A stretch of 63,695 bases of DNA, filler included, from Welwitschia mirabilis (taxonomy: Eukaryota): NCBI GenBank assembly GCA_051453625.1. It is 6 parts of one record of this genome, joined end to end, with 100 filler letters (N's around TTAATTAATTAA, not from the genome) between each part and the next. Parts side by side here need not be neighbours in the genome. Positions count along the whole stretch, not along the records: positions 19,670 to 34,636 come from JBOZIK010000001.1; positions 34,737 to 51,040 come from JBOZIK010000001.1; 4 more parts are not named here. The stretch is one strand, 5' to 3'. The translations under genes and the position numbers were made by a program. The notes below the pieces were generated by a model. The model did not search any database. It was not told where the DNA came from and saw nothing but the letters and a program-made list of their open reading frames with translations. Below are positions 26,501 through 38,994 of this stretch, in pieces; positions within the stretch are counted from its first letter, which is position 1, and each line of letters opens with the position of its first letter.

Positions 26501-28633
26501 TAATATTTAACTCTAAGCATGGATTATCATCAAGAAGATAAGGCTTACCCAAATGCAAAATTCCAAGATATTTCAAGTTAAACTTTTAAAAAGAATAATC
26601 ATTAAAAGCATAAGGTAAAGTGGACTTATTAGGAAAGCAAAGAATATCACTTTGAGTGTAACATGAATTTTTAAAAGGAAGAGATTGAGAGATAGGAGAA
26701 ATATAATNNNNNNNNNNNNNNNNNNNNNNNNNNNNNNNNNNNNNNNNNNNNNNNNNNNNNNNNNNNNNNNNNNNNNNNNNNNNNNNNNNNNNNNNNNNNN
26801 NNNNNNNAATGCAAAATTCCAAGATATTTCAAGTTAAACTTTTAAAAAGAATAATCATTAAAAGCATAAGGTAAAGTAGACTTATTAGGAAAGCAAAGAA
26901 TATCACTTTGAGTGTAACATGAATTTTTAAAAGAGATTGAGAGATAGGAGAAATATAATCTTTGAAATAATGGGTGTTATGGGAGTCAAGTAAAGGAACA
27001 TAACCTTAAGAATTATATGAATGTTTAATTGGAAAAGATGGAGAAAGGTTATCATGATTAAGATTATAAAGTAATGTAAAAATGAAAGAAGAAGTGGAAG
27101 GAAGAATGTGGTTTGAACTTGTACATAAAGGCATAGGTGGAAAGGATATAGAAGTATGGGTAGAAAGAACAACTATATCCTCTATACAATTTGAATAAAT
27201 CTCTATGTGTCCTTCATTGTCATCAGTTTCTTTAATATTGTCTTAATTATTAGTTGGTTGAATTATTTCTTCACTTTTCATATTATTACTAGTAACTAAA
27301 TCTTCCTTTTCTTGTTAAATATTTCTTCCATTCTCTAGGTTATTGGATTCACTGAAAATATTATTAAGAGAAATAAAAAAGTCATCTTCATCATTGATCA
27401 ATAATTTATCAAATTTTTCATGAATGGATTTTTCATCCTAAGTATCAAGCAATAAATGAATGACAAGGATAAAATCTAACACCTCAATATCATTATCTAA
27501 TGGATAGTCATCCTTATCTTGATTTATGAAAGATTGAGTTGAGTTATTCTTATCTTCCTTTTGCTCATCTCCTAATGAGTAGGATGTTGAAGTTTGATCT
27601 AAAATTTCATCTTTGAGTTGAAAGAAAGAATCATCGTTATTTATGTCTAAGTTCTCCTTATTTTTCTTAAGGTAGGATGAAGTAGGATAGTTTTGACAAT
27701 TTTATGATGTAAAAGAACCTTAATTTTATAATAATGTTTATTGTAAAAGTCCAAATAAATTTTCTATATTCTTGTTGGTGTTTCCTTAGCTCTTCCTCAT
27801 TTGGATCATTTTTTTCCTCGTAGTAGTTCATGGGGGGTGGTTATTTTTCATAGTAATGCATAGGAGATGGTTGGGGTTGATAAAAATGATTGAAAGAAGT
27901 TTGTTTAAATAAGGTTAAATCTTTAAAATATGGAGAATCTTCATTATCATTTATATATAAGGTTTAAAAAAAAAGAGGAAAAAGAATAAGAAGATTAAAA
28001 AAATGAAAGGGACTCAATTCCTCCTCTCAATAGCATTTTATGTTATTCTCCCTCTTGGAAAAACCTCTTGAAGTATTTGATCATTATAAACCTTAGAAAT
28101 ATTTCTCCTTCTTTCTTTAAAGATCTATCAAAGTGTTTTCTTACTATTATTCTTATAATGTTTCAAGTTTTCCTTTTTTTAGTAAGACGTTCCCCAACAG
28201 TCTTACTATCATGATTCATTAAAGTAATTAAGAAGAATCGAATAAGAGAATTTTATTTTAAGATGATAAGAAAGATAAGTACATAATGAAGATTAAGTTT
28301 TCCTCTTTTTGGCGTTTCATCATTTTGTCAAAAGTGTTGATTCTAAATACTTAAAAGATATGTAATGGCTTGTCTATTTTAACTTTCATGAAAATATCTA
28401 CTAGAATGACTACCAAGAGAAAGGAAAATCTGATTCTAAAATAAGAAAAAATTGTTGGAACTTATGTACCTGTGATGTATGTATTTATATTTTGATCGAA
28501 TTTGAATAATCCTTGTTTGATATTTTCTTCAATCAAATTCTACTTCCTCTAGTATTTCATATTTCCATTAGAATTTACTATATCCTTGCATGCATAGATA
28601 ACAAATAAAAAACCAAAATAAAAAATAGCAGGT

Positions 28634-28970
28634 TGTCATCTACCTGGTCATGAGGATGATAGGGAGGACAATGATCACAGTAATAGAAATACGAGACTAA
28701 CAAAAATTACTAGAAGCAAAGAACTAGACTATCATCTACATTGTCATGGGAATGACAGATAAAATAATATTTATTAAATTTATAGAAAAGAAAAATTACA
28801 AAATTACAAACTATCATCCAATATGCCATGGGAATAATAGAGGAGATGAAAGTAACCTTATTATCAAACTACAAATAGAGAAAAATGGTAAAAGTAGAAG
28901 TAAATTTTGAAATTTTAGAACTATCATGCCCTATGTCATTGGAATGATAAAGAGAATGATAGGGTCCCTA
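28634..28970 (-). repeat. Four ~95-110-bp degenerate repeats with hairpin cores in the element B 5' UTR
   Basis: tgtcatctacctggtcatgaggatgatagg, ctatcatctacattgtcatgggaatgacag, ctatcatccaatatgccatgggaataatag, ctatcatgccctatgtcattggaatgataa. Confidence 0.7.
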
Positions 28971-29137
28971 GAAAATTAATAAATATAAAATTTTGTAAAA
29001 TTAAACCTACTTTAAACTACACTAGAAATACAACATTAATTCAAATAAATAACTTGAATAAAAGATTCAAGGTACTTATCTAGTTAATGATAATTCTATA
29101 GCTCCTTACAACCTTCCCTAATAAAATGGCACCAAGA

Positions 29138-30704
29138 TGTTATGATGTGAATTTATGCAAATCTAAACTTCTTTAGGTAAACCTATAAATCAAATAAATT
29201 ACAAAAAAATACATGCTAGTATAAATGGTAGTTTACTTGACTGTCGTAATTCCAATAAAGGCACTAATCTTAGAGTTAGAGAATTGATTTTTAACTATTT
29301 CTTTTAGTCTTTTATATTTTAATAACTGAAAGAAAATTAAGTAAATGCATACAAATGGATATGAAATGCAAATGGAAATAGAATGAATTCTATTGGTTCC
29401 TAATTCTTATATCACAAGAACTAGCTCTCTATAATTCAGATCAACTAAGAAGAGTACTTAACTTATTCCTAATTAATATGAACTATGAGATATATCAAGT
29501 AGAATAAGAAAGATAATATGAAACAGAGATGAAATAATAATGCAATCTAATACTAACCAAAGCCAACCTTAACAAAGGTTGCCCTTATGATCCTAATAAA
29601 TAATAGAACTATCACTTAACTATAACCAACTTAAACCATAAGGGATATACATAAAATTAGAATGAAAAGANNNNNNNNNNNNNNNNNNNNNNNNNNNNNN
29701 NNNNNNNNNNNNNNNNNNNNNNNNNNNNNNNNNNNNNNNNNNNNNNNNNNNNNNNNNNNNNNNNNNNNNNAATACTAACCAAAGGCAACCTTAACAAAGG
29801 TTACCCTTATGATCCAAATAAATAATAGAACTATCACTTAACTATAACCAACTTAAACCATAAGGGACATACATAGAATTAGAATGAAAAGAGAAATTAT
29901 ATTAATTCAAAAAACTTTTACATCTACTTTCAACAAATTAGTAGCACCTTAATGGAAGAGACTTAGCCTAACACTAAGGAAACTTCTCTCTGTAGCTAAG
30001 GGAGGGACCCCTTATCCTTTAATTTTTCANNNNNNNNNNNNCAGGTACAAAAGATTAATTAGAAATGAGGACAAAGGGGGTATTTATAATTTTACATTGG
30101 AAGTTCTAGAACCATAGCCCTAGAAATTGAAGAATAAATCCTAGTAGCCTAAGTGAGATGCATGACTCCATTACAAGATAATTCAATCCCACTTATATAA
30201 AATTGTTGTTATTCTAACTATCTTGGGGATAACATTGGGAATGGTGCCCCTTTATACTAGAGAATTAATTAGTTTCTAGATTTGCAATAGGTCCTGTAAT
30301 TGACTTTCAAATGTGTCATCATCCCTCCTGTCATGTGGACGACAATGGAAATAAAACCTCCTTAGAAAAGCTACTTCATTAACTTCAATGTTTAGTCCAA
30401 ATTGCTATTACAATAGGCTAATATAGTGTTTTTGTCCCCTCTATCATGAAGATGACAAGGGAGATGACATCCTTCCAAAGTTTCTTAGGTAAAGCAAATC
30501 ATCCTTCTTCATCATTGATCTTCCTCCAATATACTAAGTACTAGAACATGCTTGAAATGCCTCTAATTATGTTAAGAATTACATGTTTCTATAATCATTC
30601 CATCGATTCTCTATAATCATTAGAATTACAACCAATCCTATATAACTATCCTACAAAAGTACTTCAAACAAATCATCAAATTCCTACAAATTGGCATTAT
30701 AACA
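29138..30704 (-). repeat. Element B 5' LTR
   Basis: tgttatgatg...cattataaca inverted termini with the PBS adjacent. Confidence 0.85.
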
Positions 30705-31636
30705 ATCATTATTTTAATATTTCATCTTTTTCAGACTAAATGTAATCCTTCTTTTCATGCACAAAATACTTTTCCCAAACCCACTTGTTTTTCTTACTTA
30801 TACTTAAACTTGCATATTAATATTTTCATCCTTCCTTAATGAAATATGGGACATATTGATTCATTTGTAAGAGGGATAGCACATATATTTTAAAATATTT
30901 TAAGAAAACATTTTAAATTTTTAAAGGTTATTTTTACATTTTCATAAAGACACATCTATAGTATACTAATTCAATTCTGAATGCTCATTATTTTAGTGAT
31001 ATACATTATGTATGTTATTTACTAAATCAGGTACTTAATAGTAGAATACTTGTAGTTTCTTTTCCTTCCAGGATGGTATAAACAATTTATGAGATCATGG
31101 ATAAAGGTAATAATGTTATGATTGATTATTTTTAATATGTTTTTCTTATAGATTGTGTTTAAAAAACTCAAGAGTTTGATTTATGAATACCATGTTTGAG
31201 TTATTAATCTTTTAATTAAATATGCACATCATTTATCTAAGTTTCTATGGTTATATCTTATGATGATTCTTTTATTTTTTCAATTTTTATTTTTTCTGAT
31301 GTGATAATTTTTTTAACTAGGGGACTAATACACTAGTAAGTATTTTGATCTTATTTTTTGATGAGCATGATTATAGGCAATTGATTTTATACTTTAATTT
31401 TTAAGAGTCTGTCCTCTCCATAATCATCCAGATGATAGTCTAGACAACACCATGGTCACAACATATACTAAGGTAAAATAATTAGTTTATTTGATTTTGA
31501 GATATTATCCTACATAATGAGATTTTTAAACTTAATTTACATATCCCTACTTAGTATTTTATCTTAGTCAATTTGACTTACAATTATAGTTATTCACCAA
31601 CTTTATTACAAACTAATAAGACTAAGTGAGGGCCTA

Positions 31637-33106
31637 TGTTGTGATGCTAAATTGTATGTATTTGATAGGATATTTTGAGTATTTTTATAGGACATTAGAT
31701 AGGTTTATGCTAAGTTTTAATAGTAGTGAGAGCTAAGGCCAATATTATGAAAATATAAAATTTTCATTACATTTGATAACATTTAAGGAAAATTGTAATA
31801 CTTCTATTTAAAGAGAAAATCTTGTGGTTAAACAGATTGATCTAACACAAAAAACATCTTTATAAAGCTCATCATCCTCCTTATTTTCTAGATGATAGTA
31901 TGGATTATATAAGAATTCATGCTAACTAGAATGCTTGCTAGATTAAATTGGTAACTGATGTGGATTCTATATGATATGGCATCATTTCCCATGACGTTCG
32001 AATGATTATGATGATGTCTAAAAATAACTGCTTACCAAATTTCATCAAAATTTCATCATGTGTTATGTGCCTTCTTGCATGATTGTTAAGGTTTTATTAC
32101 CTCTATTAGTTTTCATTATTTTTAAAGTCTTGTTTGTAATAAATATCTTCTTTATCCTTGACTTTAACTTTATCTTCTTTAGCATAAAAAATTCTCATGA
32201 TAAAAGATTAAAAGGTAGGAGATCTATCCTCTGTTGTTGCAAAGATATGTCTTCCTTAGAGTTGGGCTATGTATTATTTATTAAGATGATGCTTCTTTGT
32301 AACATGGATATGGGTTTGAATATANNNNNNNNNNNNNNNNNNNNNNNNNNNNNNNNNNNNNNNNNNNNNNNNNNNNNNNNNNNNNNNNNNNNNNNNNNNN
32401 NNNNNNNNNNNNNNNNNNNNNNNNAGAGATTAAAAGGCAAGAGAGCTATCCTCTGTTGTTGCAAAGATAGGTCTTCCTTAGAGTTGGGCTATGTATTCTT
32501 TATTAAGATGATGCTTCTTTGTAACATGGATGTGGGTTTTAATATAATTAAAACTTTATTTTTCTTTTCATATATTTTGTTATGTACATCTTCTTATGGT
32601 TTATATTGCTTATTGTTCTATGATAGCTTCATTTATGATGTAGATCACAAGGGTAAGATTTATTAAGATTGATACTAATAGTTTAGATGCATTGCATTTT
32701 ATTTCCTAGATTAATTGCATTACTTTCATATTTTGTTTAATGCATTTAATAGCTTAGATTGATCTTATTTTAGTGACAACTTTCTTAATTAATCTAGGTT
32801 ATATAGGGATGATGTCCATGATAGGTTGATTTGATAATTGAATAAATGTTGCATTTAGATTAGTCTTGCATCTCATTCGCAGAGTGTATTTACTTGCATT
32901 ATTTTGCACTATTATTTTGTTCTGCTTATAAGATACATAAATATTTCATTTTAAATCAATTCTTTTTCTTTTCATTTGTGATTTCAATGGATTAAGACAT
33001 TTGAATTACTCTTGTCTATATTAGTGTATTATTTTTTGTAATATATATCTAGGATTTATAAGATTTAATAAGAACATGAAAGATTGCACAAATATGCACT
33101 ATAATA
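31637..33106 (+). repeat. Element A 3' LTR
   Basis: Starts TGTTGTGATG after the PPT-like motif and ends ...cacaaatatgcactataata, similar to the reverse complement of the other LTR ends. Confidence 0.7.
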
Positions 33107-33109
33107 AGC

Positions 33110-33480
33110 ATCATCATCTTTGGATCTTATGTGTTGATCTATTTTTCTTGATCCTTTAATCCCTTCTATTGATGTTGGTTCCACTAATGTAGAATAGGCT
33201 TTTGATCTCATGAAAGGTTAAGAGCCTACTTTATATTTATTTAATAATTTTCCTCCTTCTAAGAACACTTGATTTTTATTTCCTTTAGTTGCTTTTTAGG
33301 TTTTCCCCCTTGGTTTTTTAGATCTTCTCCTCTTATGATATTATTTTAACTAGTTTTAAATAATGAAATAAAATTGTGTACTTATGTATTTATATTCATT
33401 ATTTTTTAATTTATTGGTTGAAAAGATAACAATTTACTATTATTCCTGGCCCTAATACCAATTATAATGTTCCAGATTAC
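33110..33480 (-). mobile_element. Possible chromovirus (Tekay/Del-like) PBS, LTR end and gag start relic
   Basis: gccctaataccaattataatg at 33449-33470 resembles gctctgataccaattgtaacg (Met-PBS plus TGTAAC LTR end). Weak gag-like reading to its left. Confidence 0.35.
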
Positions 33481-34109
33481 TAAATTAGACTTGAATTTCA
33501 CATTTTAATCAAGAACATTAGAAATTAAAAAATAATAAACTTGATATAACATTAATTGGATGAAAATTAAATATCTTCTTATTAATATAGTAGTAAATTA
33601 TAATAGCAATGATATCACCTCTATGCCTTGCTTTTACCTTAGACTATTGGTCAAAGGTAAAAAATTGGACTATAACCTTACCCCACTTTTTGAGACCCTA
33701 GGGGATTAATTAATGTTGTCATTGGTTACATCCACAAGATTATCTAAATCTACTTAATTTCATAGTCTTAAGAACTAAAATGAAGGATACAATGTTACAA
33801 ATTAATAATTACACCCTTTTATTATATGCAAGTTTCATTTAATTACATATTATTCACTCTTAACAAATAGTCAATTAAGCATAAAGTAATTTTACAAAAT
33901 TACGTAAATAATCTTTCTTAATTCTTAAGGATAAGAATGAAAAATTTCAACCATTTAAAGAAAATGATTAAGGCTAATTTGGATTAGGTTTAAATCCTTA
34001 AAATATTCCAAGTAAATGACTCATTTTAAGTAGATGAGTCTTAAGATCAAGAGGGAGGATTAGTTAAATTAGATTTTTTTTTCTTTTTTGGAATGAAGTT
34101 CGTATCCTT

Positions 34110-34630
34110 TAAGGCTTATTTATTAGTAATCATGTTAGAATCTAAAATCTTGACGTTAATATTTTCTTTCATTGTGATAGAATTCTCATTATATACATAA
34201 TAAGCTTTTTTATTAGAAGAATATCCCAAAAATATACCTTTCTCAAATTTATTTTTTAAAATCACGAAATTGGTGATAAAAACTTTAAAGTAACTTACCT
34301 TTGATTTCATACTTGTCTAAAGCTCATATGAAGTTCATTTTGTAACATTTCTAATGTAAACTTTATTGGTAACATAACAAGCTATATTTACTACTTCATC
34401 CCAAAAATAATAATCTATACTACTTTCTTTTAATATAGTCTTAGCCATATTAATGAGGAATTTATTTTTTTATTTTAGCTACATCATTTTGTTTAGGATT
34501 TTTTTGGCTTATGAAATTAATGAATAATCTCATATTAGTTACGAAAAGTTTTAAAATTATCATTTTAAATTCTTTTACATGCTTAGACCTAATATTTTTG
34601 ATGCCATACTCTATTTGTTTCTATATTATT
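34110..34630 (-). pseudogene. Ty1/copia integrase C-terminal half
   Basis: PKQNDVA..KNKFLINMAKTIL...FWDEVVNIACY...TSYEL*...VSYFKVF...KGIFLGYSSNKKAYYVYN (cf. PQQNGVAERKNRTL.EMARTML..FWAEAVNTACY..GIFLGYS..SKAYRVYN). Confidence 0.85.
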
Positions 34631-34680
34631 TCTTTANNNNNNNNNNNNNNNNNNNNNNNNNNNNNNNNNNNNNNNNNNNN

Positions 34681-34692
34681 TTAATTAATTAA
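34681..34692. other. Artificial scaffold linker TTAATTAATTAA
   Basis: Centred in the N block 34637-34736. Confidence 0.95.
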
Positions 34693-34736
34693 NNNNNNNN
34701 NNNNNNNNNNNNNNNNNNNNNNNNNNNNNNNNNNNN

Positions 34737-34886
34737 GAAATGCCTCAAATTATGCCAAGAATTATATGTTTTTATGATCATATTATCATCTCTCCATAAT
34801 AGTAGAATTGCATCTAAACCTGTATAAATGTCCTACAAAGATACTCCAATTACACCATCAAATTCCTACAAATTGGCATCGCAATA
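34737..34886 (-). repeat. Terminal fragment of an Athila-family LTR inserted in a SIRE internal region
   Basis: Near-identical to the ends of the element B LTRs; ends ttggcatcgcaata. Confidence 0.8.
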
Positions 34887-34889
34887 ATG

Positions 34890-35985
34890 ATTATACATTT
34901 TTTTTTAATATAATGCTTTTAAATCATCTATACTATGAAATGAATCATCACATATCTTATTTTCTAAATTTAAGTTTTATTCATCTATGGATAAAAGAAA
35001 AGAATAATATTTAAATAAAGATAACCCATATTATTTATTATCACTTTGGGAATTTTCTAATTCATTATCTTCCTCATCATCCCAAGTGTCTTTGAGAGAT
35101 TTCTTCTTGAATTTACTCCTATTTTCTTCTTCGTATTAGCACATTTAATAGTAATATGATAAAATCCTTTGTATTTAAATAATTGAACTTCTTTATTTAA
35201 TTTTGCCTTACTATCTAGGAGTTCTTGAAATCTTTATTATCTATTTTAGAATCTTAACCTTAACAATTGAAATTCCTTGCTAAAAGAGCATAATCTTTAT
35301 CCTCCATTTTTGAGTTGGAAGCTTTATCTTCTTCTGCCATAGCCTTAAGAGCTATATTCTTTACCTTTGGTACATCTTCATTATAAGGATGGCTTAATAT
35401 GAAATTATAGATACTTTAGGATCTTAAAAATACATCTTATTAGGATTCTTAATTTCCTCTATTACTATAATTATAGGTTTGAAATGTTCATGCAAACGTT
35501 TCAAGATTTTTCTTACAACCTTATGTTTTAAATAATTTCTTCAAAATCCCATATTGAATAAACAATATTATTTGCACTTGAGTACACTCCATGATAAACT
35601 AATTTTCTTTCATTTTAATATTCTTAAATTAGGTAGTAAAAACTTGAATTTTTAAGTTCTTTGCCAAACTTATTCCTTTAAGATAAATTTTCAAAGTATC
35701 CCATACTTTCTTAATAGCCATACATTTGATAATTCTATTATATTATTTAGGACTTAGAGAATATATTAATTTATTTATAACTCTAGAATTTATAGATGCA
35801 TCTCTTCTCTTCTCATCTATCTAACTAGTAATAACTCTTATTAAATATTTATAATCACAAAAAATGATATCCCAAATATCCAAGTCCAAAGAATTTAAAA
35901 TAGTCACCATTAGTCATTTCCAATAAGCATAGCTAAAGACATTAAAAAATGGAGATCTTTCATTTAAATTAAATTCTATTATGTT
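34890..35985 (-). pseudogene. gag: SIRE-type copia gag remnant (SIRE-3)
   Basis: ERSPFFNVFSYAYWK*LM..LDLDIWDII...KKVWDTLK...KIQVFTT...KVVRKILKRL..FKP; knuckle-like QLFKYKGFYHITIKCAN at ~35135-35190. Confidence 0.8.
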
Positions 35986-36043
35986 AAATCCCAATATTTT
36001 AGTAACAAAACTTAAAAATGAAAAACATCTCTCTCACACAAAT

Positions 36044-36995
36044 TGAAAAACTAGGAAAAATTCCTACAGGGATGAATAAGAATTCCAAATTTCTCCAATA
36101 AAAGATATAAATTATATGAGCCAAATGAAATTTAAAAATTTAATTATAAATGTTAATGTACTTGTTATAAATTAATAAAATTATTTTATAAAATATTAAA
36201 ACAAAAATTATAGTAAAGAGAAAGAGAAACACAAGGATGTTTTATAGTGATTCATGCTTCTAAGGACCTAGTTCACTCTTAGAAGTATCTTAAATTTTNN
36301 NNNNNNNNCTTTCCTAGTTCTTTTAGTAATAGAAACCTAAAAACCCTTTATAGTAATGCAATTTTAAGGGCTAAACATAAAACCTTCAAACCAATAAGAA
36401 AAGAAACCTTTAAAGGCTCAAGTTTAACCTTTCTAATTAGAAGAAGTAGAAACTAAGGATACATATAACTTAAATGCATAGATTTTCCTCTTTAAAAATA
36501 GAAGAGAATATTATAAATGTAGAAAGTGTTGATTATACATATATAATTAAAGAGAGATCTTATAGAAAGTAGATAATGTATCAATACACTTACAGCTCTC
36601 TCGTATACAAAAAAAGAAAGATAGATATTAGGTTTTCCATCAAAATGAACTAATAGATTCCCTTTTTTAACAACAAAATATCTCTTATGAGTAGATATTT
36701 TTATCACCTCTAATAGCCTTAAATACATATAACTAGGTTGGTACATATTGATTCTTTGAGATGATGTCATTAATTTCCATTATGCATTTGAATTTGAGTT
36801 GACTTTGTAAACCCTACTATGAATAAACGTTCCTCATTATAGTGATAATAACAATATTTAAGGGGATTCCTTAATTTACTACTAAGGAAAGTATTTTATT
36901 TTTTAGAAAAGTATCTTTATCTACTACTAATGGAGGTTCCATTAGTTCAAGAAAATTCCCAAGTAAGAATGACACAAATAATTGGTACTTTAACA
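36044..36995 (-). repeat. SIRE-3 5' LTR (degenerate)
   Basis: cctacagggatgaataag (degenerate CCTAGAGGGGGTGAATAG integrase signal) at ~36063-36080, next to a decayed PBS. Putative other end ttggtactttaaca. Confidence 0.5.
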
Positions 36996-37196
36996 ATGAA
37001 AATATAACTACCAAATTAATCAAGATAGCATTTCGTATAAAGGGATTCTAAAATGCATTTCTAGAATATTGTTCATTACTAAGAGAAAGATCATTATTTT
37101 TATAGTCATAATATGTGAAAGCTTAAATGTTATAAAGGATTCATCAAATAAGATCCATTATAAACATCCCTGAAACATCTAATCATGATAATAGTA

Positions 37197-37400
37197 ATGT
37201 CATACTTGGTATTTGATATTTCTCTTGTATGTTTGATATCACACTTCATGTTTGATCTTAGTATCAAACATCTAATATTACACTTAATATTTGATGTTTC
37301 ACTTGGTATTTAATGTTACTCTTAGGTATTTAACATTACAATTAGTATTTTATGTTACACTTCTTGACATCATACTTGGATGTCTAACATTACATTTAGA
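37197..37400. repeat. ~19-bp degenerate minisatellite (~10 copies, consensus ATGTCACACTTGGTATTTG)
   Basis: atgtcatacttggtatttg, atatcacacttcatgtttg, atattacacttaatatttg, atgtttcacttggtattta and further copies. Confidence 0.75.
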
Positions 37401-38994
37401 TCCCTAGGCTAGTCAAAAACTCCAAGATAGAGTTTAGCTCTAAAATAAATCTTTAGATATAATAAATTACTTAGATCTAAACTAAAGTAAAAAACTTATA
37501 TCAAGATTTAACTATGGAACTTGAAGTAGTTATAATAGTCAAACCTATTATATAAGAACAATGATGGATGTTTAATTATCATAAATAAAGGCCTATATAA
37601 GCCAATATATGATGCTTTGTTTACAAAATCAGGTACAACTCAAACTCATCGATAACTTATGAAGAAAGAATGGATACTAGCATTAATAATATTAAATCTT
37701 AACTAAGTAGCATTTACTCCTAAAATTTTTAAAAAAATAATTTTATTCAATAAAAAAGAATTATATTTAGCTTACCAATAAGATTAACAATCTCTTTAAT
37801 CATTGTGATAGTATAACATTAAAAAAAATCATGAAAAACATGTAAAAATATGAAAATATCACAAAAATCATGATGTATAATTAACATAGCATAAAGAACA
37901 CTTTTAATATTGTGTATCTATTAAGGATCAAAATCTACAAAAGATATATGTAGAAAATAAAGTATTAATGTAATAACCACTTTGTATTGAGGGTATAAAA
38001 AGTAAATTGCAAAATTAAAATTCATCTAAAAGAGATTCTAAAGACTTTCCTTAATAGTGGCCTTCAAAATCTTTCATATTAAGGACTCACAAGATCTTAC
38101 ACAAGGAACTTTACCTTAAGTTCCTAAGAAAGATATCCTTTTAAGATTTCAACTCTGAGATATTTTAATTCTTCCTTTTTAACTCAAGCTTATAATCTTC
38201 AAAAACATACTCTCTAAGAATATTCTTCATGTTATTACACTCTCTTATTTATAAGGTTCTAAGAGGAATCTTATCATGAAGGAATCCTCTAATACTAGCC
38301 TCTTACATGTTTTACCAAAAATAACTTCTAAAGCTTACATACTCTTCATGCCTAGATTTCCTTTGAACATAACATATTTCTTCCACCTAGACGCCTTCTA
38401 AATGTAATAGATTTTTTACACATAGATTCCCTCAAAAGCATGATAATTTAAACAACTACACATGGTTCCTACATGATAATTACACATGGAAAATTATATT
38501 TTCTACATAATCATATGAAAAGCTTAGCAAAGAAATCCCTAATAAAAATACATTATTTATGTTTATTTTCTAAGAATGCTTCAAAATCATCCTCTCTTTC
38601 TTAAAGTAAGCTATTTATTAGAATATGTTAATGTTAAAAAGATCATGTTTTAATCCACATGTACAAGGATGTAGACTTACTTCAATCCATTGGATATTTA
38701 ATTCCTAATGGATTATCATAATAATTATTAAAATATGAATACTATTTGGAATATATTTAAAATGTAATATTAATTTTTGTTTTATTCTTCACTTATTATA
38801 GTGTCAAGTACATCTTTTCACATAACATTGATTATAGATTTTTTTAGTTCATATTAGAGCCAAACCTACTAGTAATTATTACAAAGTCAAAATCACATCA
38901 GGATTTTAATGTGAAATCCTAATATATTTGCAGATTAGTGAATTCAATCCTATTTAATGCCACTAGTATAGAACTTAATGTTTTTAGTACAGGT

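Larger units (their letters stand above)
21502..30704 (-). mobile_element. Non-autonomous Athila-like LTR element B (both LTRs present)
   Basis: 5' LTR 29138-30704, PBS 29115-29134 (TGGTGCCATTT.., degenerate Asp-PBS), PPT-like 23538-23552, 3' LTR 21502-23537, TSD agcat/atcat. No RT or integrase recognisable internally. Confidence 0.8.
12765..33106 (+). mobile_element. Non-autonomous Athila-like element A (5' end not seen), host of SIRE-1 and element B
   Basis: gag-PR at 12.8-14.7 kb. The 3' non-coding region continues on both sides of two insertions with TSDs. PPT-like CTAAGTGAGGGCCTA at 31622-31636 and 3' LTR at 31637-33106. Confidence 0.6.

Noticed and set aside
32058..32666. 202-aa hydrophobic ORF with an internal repeat
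   Set aside because: It lies inside an LTR, and the repeat is a gap-flanking assembly duplication.
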